NCBI GenBank assembly: GCA_951406725.2
Contig: OX597833.1
Location: 9,920,001 to 9,984,000 of the forward strand
DNA: 64,000 bases
From: Octopus vulgaris
Lineage: Eukaryota
Reading direction: 5' to 3'
Within the stretch, counting starts at the first letter, position 1; the number at the start of each line of letters is the position of its first letter. The notes under the pieces were generated by a model. It was not told where the DNA came from. It saw nothing but the letters and a program-made list of their open reading frames with translations, and ran no database searches. The position numbers and the translations under genes were made by a program. This document shows positions 1-64,000 of this stretch, one piece after another.

Positions 1-169
1 GATAGATAGATAGATAGATATGCTTTATTTAAAAGCAGCAGAAATATAACAGAAGCTGTAACTCAGAGTTTCATGTTCCCGTTCGTCGGACAATAAGATT
101 TCCGCTGAGATCACACGCGGAGTTCAGAAACGGTAAAAGTGATAATTATGAATAATATATATATATATA

Positions 170-577
170 GGCGCAGGAGTGGCTGTGTGGTAAGTAGCTT
201 GCTAACCAACCACATGGTTCCGGGTTCAGTCCCACTGTGTGGCATCTTGGGCAAGTGTCTTCTGCTATAGCCCCGGGCCGACCACTGCCTTGTGAGTGGA
301 TTTGGTAGACGGAAACTGAAAGAAGCCTGTCGTATATATGTATATATATATGTGTGTGTGTTTGTGTGTCTGTGTTTGTCCCCCTAGCATCGCTTGACAA
401 CCGATGCTGGTGTGTTTACGTCCCCGTCACTTAGCGGTTCGGCAAAAAAGAGACCGATAGAATAAGTACTGGGCTTACAAAGAATAAGTCCCGGGGTCGA
501 GTTGCTCGACTAAAGGCGGTGCTCCAGCATGGCCGCAGTCAAATGACTGAAACAAGTAAAAGAGAAAAGAGAAAGAG

Positions 578-580
<3 letters not shown>
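170..580 (+). mobile_element. tRNA-derived SINE family A, full copy
   Basis: tRNA-like head with B-box GGTTCAGTCCC, CORE-like ttgggcaagtgtct, internal TA/TG tract, tail ggcggtgctccagcatggccgcag...gaaacaagtaaaaga; near-identical copies elsewhere in the window. Confidence 0.85.
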
Positions 581-619
<39 letters not shown>

Positions 620-884
620 CAAGACATTTCAAAAACTGAATTCAGTTTTTTAAATGTCTTGCTTCGAGAGCTGCATTCGGTATGATTAGTTAAATTTTGG
701 TAGTAATGACTTATGTCCCTCTTAGCGTGTGGCATTTATGTGTAATAATGCCCTCTATACAATATAAATAAATATTTTCAAGTGAAAAAATTATTTTCGG
801 ATTTTTTCTCTTATGAGGTTTTTCACGCTAACTACTTGATAATTTCTTGTTAAGATTCCTTATTAAGATTTTATCCTTAATTGT

Positions 885-915
<31 letters not shown>

Positions 916-973
916 TACGGAGATGTACTCGCATAGCAAGTAATTTGATCTGAGATCGTGTGCTGAAACGAAA

Positions 974-1098
974 ACAATTGCAGCGTGGGAGGTGTTTATA
1001 AGCCATTTAAGAAACACACAAAAGCCGTTCGATTGAAAAGTGAATCGAACGGCTTTTGTGTGTTTCTTAAATGGCTTATAAACACCTCCCACGCTGCA

Positions 1099-1103
<5 letters not shown>
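974..1103. repeat. Perfect 61-bp inverted repeat, 8-nt loop
   Basis: 974-1034 vs 1043-1103. Confidence 0.92.
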
Positions 1104-1142
<39 letters not shown>

Positions 1143-1458
1143 CCATGCATACACACATATGTGAGAGTGTGTATGTATACATGTGTGCATGTGTGTGATT
1201 ATCGTCGAAACCGACAAAACTCCATCTAGGCTGAGATTCGAAGGTGAATTGGCTGCTATTTCTTGCAGGTCGATCGTCCGTGTAAAAAAGTTCGCTCTGT
1301 TGCATTTTTCTCATTGTTCTGATTGTTGCCGTCGTCGTCTTTGCTGTTGTTGTTGTTGTTATTTTTGGTGGTTTATTTTTTTAAATTTCATTTATTATTT
1401 ATGTATTTTTTATTATTGCATATTAATATCCCTGTGCCTTTTTCTTATTTCCCGCTAG

Positions 1459-55827
<54,369 letters not shown>

Positions 55828-55876
55828 GTAAGAGCAGCTTTTGCTAATTCCTCCCTACTGTCGTCGTCGAACATCG

Positions 55877-56247
55877 TCTTCTTCTTCTTCTTCTTCTTCT
55901 TCTTCTTCTTCTTCTTCTTCTTCTTCTTCTTCTTCTTCTTCTTCTGCTTCTTCTTCTTCTTTTTCTTCTTCTTCTTCTTCTTCTTCTTCTTCTTCTTCTT
56001 CTTCTTTTCTTCTTCTGCTTCTTCTTTTCTTCATTTTCTTCTTCTTCTTCTTCTTCTTCTTCTTCTCCTTCTTCTTCTTCTTCTTCTTCTTCTTCTTCAC
56101 CTCCTCCCTCTCGTGTTATTGTCGTTCTTTCCCTCCTCGTCTTCTTCTTCTTCTTCTTCTTCTTCTTCTTCTTCTTTCTTCTTCTTCTTCTTCTTCTTCT
56201 TCTTTTTCTTCTTCTTCTTCTTCTTCTTCTTCTTCTCCCTTCTTCTT

Positions 56248-56278
<31 letters not shown>

Positions 56279-56720
56279 TTCTTCTTCTTCTCTTCTTCTT
56301 CTTCTTCTTCTTCTTCTTCTTCACCTCTTCTCCCTCTCGTGTTATTGTCATTCTTCCCCCCCCCCTCGTCTTCTCTTCCACTTTACTTGCATCTCTTCGT
56401 TTCCTTCTTTTTCTTCCTTTCTTTCTTCTTGTACTCTTTCTTTTAATTTTTCTTATTTTTCCGTCTTCTGTTTCTTTCTCGCTTCCTAAGTCTTCTTCTT
56501 CTCCTCCTCCTCCACATCCTCATCCGCCTTCTTCTTCTTTTTCTCCTCCTTCTCCTCCTCCGTCTTCTTATTCTTCTACCTCTTCTATTCCTCCTCCTCC
56601 TCCTCCTCCTCCTTCTTCTTCTCCTTCTTCTCCTCCTCCTCATCCGCCTTCTTTTTACTACTACTACTACTACTACTACCACCACTACTACTACTACTAC
56701 TACCACCATCGCCACTACTA
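55877..56720. repeat. (TTC)n/(TCC)n/(CTA)n polypyrimidine microsatellite complex
   Basis: Direct reading. Confidence 0.92.
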
Positions 56721-57802
56721 CTACTATCTCTTCCTCTTTCCTTTTACTTCCTTTTCGTCTTCCACGTCTTCCACGTCTTCCACGTCTTTCACGTCTATGA
56801 TCTCGTCTATAATCTCGTCCGTATAAATTGTTGTAATTATTACCAGTATTAAATTCTATCTTGTCATTGTTTTCGTTCTTGTGACTATTAAATGTTTTGC
56901 CTTTCTGTTGTTTTCATGTATTAATATCACTAATATTACCACTTACAAAGAAAGCAATTTTTCTTTTTACTATTTCAAAACTGTGCCTAAATAAATGGCA
57001 GAAAAAATGGCGATTTGATACTGCGCAACTACCACCATTTCTCTTTCGCTCTTTTTTCTATCTTTCCATCCTTACCTGTTTTTTCATCTCCCCGCCTCCC
57101 TTTCTTTCTCTCTTTCTTTCAATTTTGTAAATAATATACTACTAATTTTAATATATTACTAATTAACAACGTGCACATATGCAAATATATTTTAATTGCA
57201 CAATAGTTATCTAAATCTCGAGAACGCCACACTGCTGTATGCCTAGCGCAATGAATACTCGCAAACGAAGCAGGTTCGCTACTCAGTAGAAGCACTTAAA
57301 ATATGTGACAACTGATCGCTCGCATCACCTCGTATGTCTCTACGAGAACGCACGAAATAGCAATCAAATCTCCCTTAAACTGTCATGGAAAGGGAAGGAA
57401 ACTTTGTATAATACATTTTCTTTTAGTTGAAATTATAATCCATAATCTTACACATATACGCATGCATAGATATGTAATATTTATTCACATGTATATATAT
57501 ATATATGGACTTTTCCTTTCTTTTCGTTCCAACGAAGAGCTCTGCTCGAAACGTCAAAAATTCTCTTTTTATTGAGCGTCAAACTAATACACTCCATGTA
57601 CACGTCCTCTTGATGTCTGTTATTGTTATTTTCAATGTTCGTTTATTATATTTGACTATATACATATATATATGAAGAGAGACGGAGTGAGGCAAGAGTG
57701 AACACACAACATACATGCAAACGCATATCTGAAATTCTCTTTAAAATTATTGGTTATTGAGAGAGTGGGGGAGTGGGGTTACTACTGACAGCATATGAAT
57801 AG

Positions 57803-57865
<63 letters not shown>

Positions 57866-58341
57866 AGTGTATGTATGTATACATATGACACACTTAGCAT
57901 AAATATACATGCATGCATGTGTATATATATATGTATGTATCTATAATGTATATATATAGATAGATATATATATATATAATATATATACATATATATGTAT
58001 CTATAATGTATATATATATACATATATATATGTATATGTATATTCATATACATATGCACACACAGTGATATACATTCATACGTATATATATATATATGTA
58101 TTGATGCTTGTATACACATCGAGTGTGAATGCAACATTAAACGATTAGATTTCACGTTTTCTGACACCTGAATTAATATTTATGAAATAAAGTTTATTTT
58201 CAAAACAACAGCATTTTTAACACCCCATTATAACTCATTGCTACTGTGAAGTAGAAGAAGAAGAAAAGATCAAATGCTATATAACCGAATATCAATACTT
58301 TTCATAAAATATAAATATATCTGGCAGTGGAGAAGTTGAAA

Positions 58342-58387
<46 letters not shown>

Positions 58388-58648
58388 TGATATATATATA
58401 TAGATAGATAGATATACATATATATATACATGTATATATATACACATATATACTTATATATGCATATATATATATATATACATATGTATATATATATATG
58501 CATATATATATACATATATACATATGTATATATATATACATATACATACAGATATATTCATATATATACATATACATACATATATATATATACATATACA
58601 TACATATATATACATATTACATACATATATATATATATATATATATAC

Positions 58649-58691
<43 letters not shown>

Positions 58692-59812
58692 TATGTACAT
58701 ATACATATATATATACATATACATGCATATATATACATACATATATGTATATACATACATATACATATACATATACATACATATATATATATACACATAT
58801 ACATATATACATACATGTATCTTTACCTACATGTATATATATATGTATATAAATGTATATATATATACGTATATATATATATGCGTCTATATACATGTAT
58901 GTATATATATACGTATATATATGCGTATATATACTTGTATATATACATACATGCATGTGTTTGTGTGTGTGTTTGTGTGTGTGTGTATGTGTAGTATGGT
59001 TTTTCTAAATGGTGAGCATTTTATTTGTGTATGAATCTGAAAAAATATCTACAGATTTTTTTGTGTTTGAACATCCATCAACTGCAATCTTTTATCTCTA
59101 ACAATTTGTCCATCATCACGGTCTAAACTACTTTTTGAATTTTTGAATGATCAAATTTTACAAGTCATAAATATTAAACTCATCTACCTATACACACACA
59201 AACTTCTGCTGAGTCTTCGTTACCCGACGCTACAACAAAATAATCAAATATATCTCTTTCCTAGCTATACACCATCGAAAGACAAAACATTCTGTAGTAA
59301 TCTTGTGTGTCATGTTTGAGTAAAGACAGACTTATTGAACGTTCAATGATATCAAACATATGAATATATAAATATCCTTATTACGTATGCTATTAAATCA
59401 TTTAATACAAATATTACTACTTTATACTAAAACCATATAAATGCTTCATTAATATATACTAACGGTATTACTACTCGACGAACTTCGCTGATATTTTTGC
59501 CTTTCGTTGTCGTAGCCATGATATATCTCTGTAGCAAAGTCAAGCATTTCGTTTAAAATACGGTGATTATGAACACAGAAAATTATTCCCATGAACATGA
59601 ATAATTGAGAACTATGAATTAACAGATTATATTCAAATGTAGATGGTATTAGACAATCCAAACCATTCAACAAGGTCAGAATTTAAATAATTTTTCTGGC
59701 GGAAAACACAACTCTGTGACATAGGTACGAAGTTCGAACTTCTTTGGAGGAACGTGCTTGATTTCCAACCATAGACTTAGGATTACAAATAGAATATCAT
59801 TTACATTCAAAT

Positions 59813-59996
<184 letters not shown>

Positions 59997-60416
59997 CAGA
60001 AATAGAGAGAGGGAGAAAGATATAGAGACAGTCAGACAGACACATATAGGTAGAAAAATTGATAAATATTCTGTTGGATATTGAGTTCGATTTCTCTCCT
60101 TTATTTCACCCCCAAACCTACAAACACGCACACACACATATGCACACACATCTATTTATAACTCTACACACACACACACATATACCTGTATATCTATATG
60201 TGAATGTGTAAGTATATATGTGTGTGTGTGTGCATGTATGCGTGTGTTTGTACGTGTGTGTATGTATGACCATTATGATACATTTGCCTAATACGTTTCT
60301 GGTTTCACTCTCTAATGATATCGATACCATCATCAGAGACAAATCCCTAACTGTATGTAACCTTCAATCGTTCCAAAGCTGCTTGAAATAGTAACTTGAA
60401 ACAATAATATAAGCCT

Positions 60417-60740
60417 TTGTGGTTAGACCGTCGGGCTCACAATCATGAGGCGATGAGTTCGATTCCAGGCTGGGCTGTGCGTTGTGATCTTGAGCAAGAC
60501 ATTTTATTTCACGTTGCTCCGGTTCACTCAGCTGTAGAAATGAGTTGCAATGTCACTGGTGCCAAACTGTATCGGCCCCTTTGCCTTTCCCTTGGATAAC
60601 ATCAGTGGTGTAGAAAGGGGAGGCTGGTATGCATGGGCAACTGCTGGTCTTCCCAAAACAACATGGCCCGGACTTGTGCCTCGGAGGGGAACTTTCTAGA
60701 TGCAATCCCATGGACATTCATGATGGAAGGAGGTCTTTTT
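60417..60740 (+). mobile_element. tRNA/CORE-type SINE family E; 5'-truncated copy at 49950-50170
   Basis: B-box GAGTTCGATTCC, CORE-like tcttgagcaagaca...cactcagctgtagaaatgagt; shared 3' body with 49950. Confidence 0.75.
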
Positions 60741-60755
60741 CAATAGTAGTAGTAT

Positions 60756-60824
<69 letters not shown>

Positions 60825-60989
60825 AAGTAGCAGTGGCTTCTGAATAGACAAAATGTTAGCTATTTTGAGTTAGTCAATGCCATCGACCACAACACGTGAC
60901 TAGTATTCGATTTTCGCCAATCCCAATATGTGTCTGCGAGTGTGGGTACAAGTAGGTACACACAAGTGCATGCACACGCACACACACGT

Positions 60990-61021
<32 letters not shown>

Positions 61022-61024
<3 letters not shown>

Positions 61025-62654
61025 TGATTGATTGATTGATTGATTCTAGTTTCAGCTCATGAGCTGTGGCCATGCTGGGGCACCGCCATTTTGTGTTGCT
61101 ACTTGGTTTCACTTCATGGAGGCTTTCTAGCAGCTGCTATTTGGTGCATGAGAGAGTTCGATGCAGCTGCCCTCATCTGCCCCTCCTGCCGTGAAGTTGG
61201 TTCATCTGGGACACCTGACAGGAAGAGATCCAGCTTCATTTTAAAGACATCTGTATCCACCCCATGCAGGTCTCTCAGGTTCTTCGGGAGGATATTGAAG
61301 AGCTGTGGGCCTCGGAAGCCCAGGCTATCACAGTATCTTGTCCTACATCTTGATGGCAGGTTTGGAGTCCTAGGCACCACGCAGTGGCGCCCAGTTCTGG
61401 CATTTGCGTAACTCTCGATGCCAAAGTTCAGGACACTTCCCTCCAGGATCTTCCAGATGTATATTATGGCATATCTTTCCCGCCTACGCTCCAGGGAATA
61501 TAATTTTAATCTCTTGAGTCTTTCCCAGTAGCTTACATTCTGCATAGAGGCTATCTTCTTTGTGTAGCTTCGTTGGATCGCCTCAAGTTCTGTGATCAAC
61601 TTGACACTGGATGGTGACCATAGCTGAGAGCAATAGTCAAAGTGGCTTAGGACAAGTGTCTTCCAGAGGACCATCATGGTTTCTTGTTCTCTTGTTCTAA
61701 AGGTTCTAAGAATCCATCCAGCCAGCCGTCTACATTTCATTGTCAGTTTAGCAACATGTACATGAAAGGTCGCATCATCACTCATGTGAATACCCAGGTC
61801 ACGCACTGATTGTGCCTCTGGGATTGCAATCCCTCCGGGTCCAGTGTATTCATTGGGTATTGCATTCAGTTTTGCATGCTGATAGTATAAAGCTTGAAAC
61901 TTTCCAGCATTGAACTGCATGCTATTCTTTTCAGCCCACTTGTATATTTCGTCCAGCTCACATTGCAGGTGTTTAGTGTCCTCAGGGTTCTGTATTGCCT
62001 GTGAGACTTTTGTATCATCTGCATAACTTGTGATCGTGGCTCTCTGCGTGGCTGAGGGCATGTCTGAGAGGGCCATTATGAACAGTAGTGGTCCCAGAAC
62101 AGTGCCCTGCGGAACACCGCTCACTATTTGTGTGTTAATGGAGGTGGCCCCATTGGCTACTACCACCTGACTTCTATCCTTCAGAAAGTCATGAAGCCAT
62201 TCTCCCAGTTTTCCAACTATGTTGAGATCACGCAGTTTGTGACATATCATTCCATGATCGACTTTATCAAAGGCCTTTGCAAAGTCGACATATATCACTT
62301 CCACATTTGAGTGGTTGAGCAGCCGTTTCAGCACCCAGTCATAGTGTTGTAGGAGCTGAGTTAAACAGCTTCTCCTGGTCGGAAACCATGTTGGGTGTCG
62401 GGCAGCAAGTCATTCTCTTCAAGGAAGGTGATCAGCTTCCTTCTGACTATTCGTTCCATGACCTTGCTGATGTGTGAGGTCAGAGAGATAGGTCTATAGT
62501 TCTTGGCTTCCGCTCTGCTACCTCCTTTATGAATGGGGCATATTTTACCTTCCTTCAGTTTTCCTGGAAGTTTGCCAGCTGCAAGGAAGCTCTGAAAGAG
62601 GAACTGCAGTGGTCTTGCTAGGACTCTCTTACATGCTTTTAGGAGGATTGCCGG

Positions 62655-62657
<3 letters not shown>
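61022..62657 (-). mobile_element. 5'-truncated CR1/L2-group LINE (RT domain, one frameshift near 62360)
   Basis: NYRPISLTS, QHGFR, DFAKAFDKV, GVPQGTVLGP, YADDT, DLG, SLERRR; (TCAA)n tail. Confidence 0.9.
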
Positions 62658-62742
<85 letters not shown>

Positions 62743-62849
62743 ACATGCATACAAATACATACATATATATTATACAAACAGACAGGTATTTTGTTGTCAG
62801 GTCGTTTTTTTTACCTGATTTGAAGGTTTTTGATATGTGGAATCCATTT

Positions 62850-63380
62850 TTACATTCCCGTCAAGATTTCAAGATTCTCAGACCCACCAATTATCGCTTG
62901 CGGGCGCTACAAGATGGGGCAACAAAGTCGATACACCAAATATCCATGCTTATCTTATAAAGGTGACAGCCGATCCAGAAAAATCATTGGGTGATCAAGA
63001 GATGGCCGCAGAGTCTTTTCATTTGATTGAAGAGCCTTTAGTTCAATCGGAAAAAAAGCAGTTTTTTTAAATTCTGGATAAAGATGTACCATGTTTTCAC
63101 TATATCTGCGGCACATTTCTTGGTCTGAGCAGCGAAAAGATGAAAGCCGGAGTATGTGGTGACCCTGAAAACTAGGATATTTCATGGCCCTCTAATCAGA
63201 AAATTGATGGAAGATGGGTACCCTGTAAATTCAGTGTATTGCATTGAAGAAACAGCAAAGTATTCGTTTGTAAAAGTTGTAATGGACTTTCTGGGCAACA
63301 AGAAAGCATCCAATTATGACGAACAAGTCGACAACATGCTGGAGAACTTTCAAAAGTTGGGAGCATTAAGCTACAATATT
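62850..63380 (+). mobile_element. Decayed DNA-transposase fragment (Chapaev/CMC-like, tentative)
   Basis: IFHGPLIRKLM..SFVKVVMDFLGNKKASNY..MLENFQKLG; followed by a SINE B1 tail at 63378-63473. Confidence 0.55.
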
Positions 63381-63644
63381 AAGGGCACGCGTGTCTGTGT
63401 TGTGCTCGGCCACTTGCACGTTAATTTCACGAGCAGGCTGAAACCCTCGTCGTCGCAACCGACGGAGTGCCACGATAATTACCCTGACACTGCGGCCTTC
63501 CTGAAGTAGATCCAGCAAAAGCACACTACGACTGCGTATGACAACAGGTAGCTTAAACTGAACCGTTGGTCTATTCATTTTTTAAACACACTAATCCGCT
63601 TATACCTATTAATCCCAAATATTTATAATTATATATATGTTACA

Positions 63645-64000
63645 TCTTTATATATAAAACTGAAGTTTTCTCTGTGTGTGTGTGTGTGTGTGTGTGTGGC
63701 AGGTTTGGTAGCCTTCAACTCACACTATCTCCTACGAGACCCTGCGGCACTAGTTGACCAAAATTGAGAGTATGATAGAAGAAGGCTTGCTCTTCCTTCC
63801 GTAGAAGATAAAATTCAAATTGGACCATGTTAACACCAAAAATTATTTACATCAAAAAGGGGCATTTTTTTTCTATGAAAATCTCTATCTTTTACAATTT
63901 TTTGACTGCTGTGTCGCCATTTTTCGGTGTATTTCAACCAGAAAAATATTCACTTAAAGAGAATAACAAGCTACATAATGCAAAATTTTTACTTTTCAAA
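63645..64000 (+). mobile_element. Helitron family 2, cut by the window end
   Basis: Matches 27579 onward. Confidence 0.8.

Overview
AT-rich, microsatellite-saturated eukaryotic genomic DNA. The repeat landscape suggests an octopus (coleoid cephalopod), which is an inference. The window holds 20 internal coding exons (+ strand, 1459-55827; 2037 nt = 679 codons in one open frame with matching splice phases) of a divergent inositol 1,4,5-trisphosphate receptor (ITPR-like) gene, covering the suppressor/MIR domains, the IP3-binding core and the start of ARM1. Its start and stop lie outside the window. One exon occurs twice in a 1.2-kb tandem duplication that may be an assembly artefact. The introns carry four tRNA-derived SINE families, LINE fragments (R4/Dong-like, CR1/L2-group, Tx1/L1-like ORF1), Penelope-like remnants, Helitrons and mariner/piggyBac MITEs. 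The most unusual signal is a dense set (about 18) of minimal type I hammerhead-ribozyme motifs in small, often fold-back elements. These include a head-to-head pair of tRNA-headed units each ending in a hammerhead, and a mariner-type MITE with a hammerhead inside. All calls come from manual reading; no searches or folding were run.
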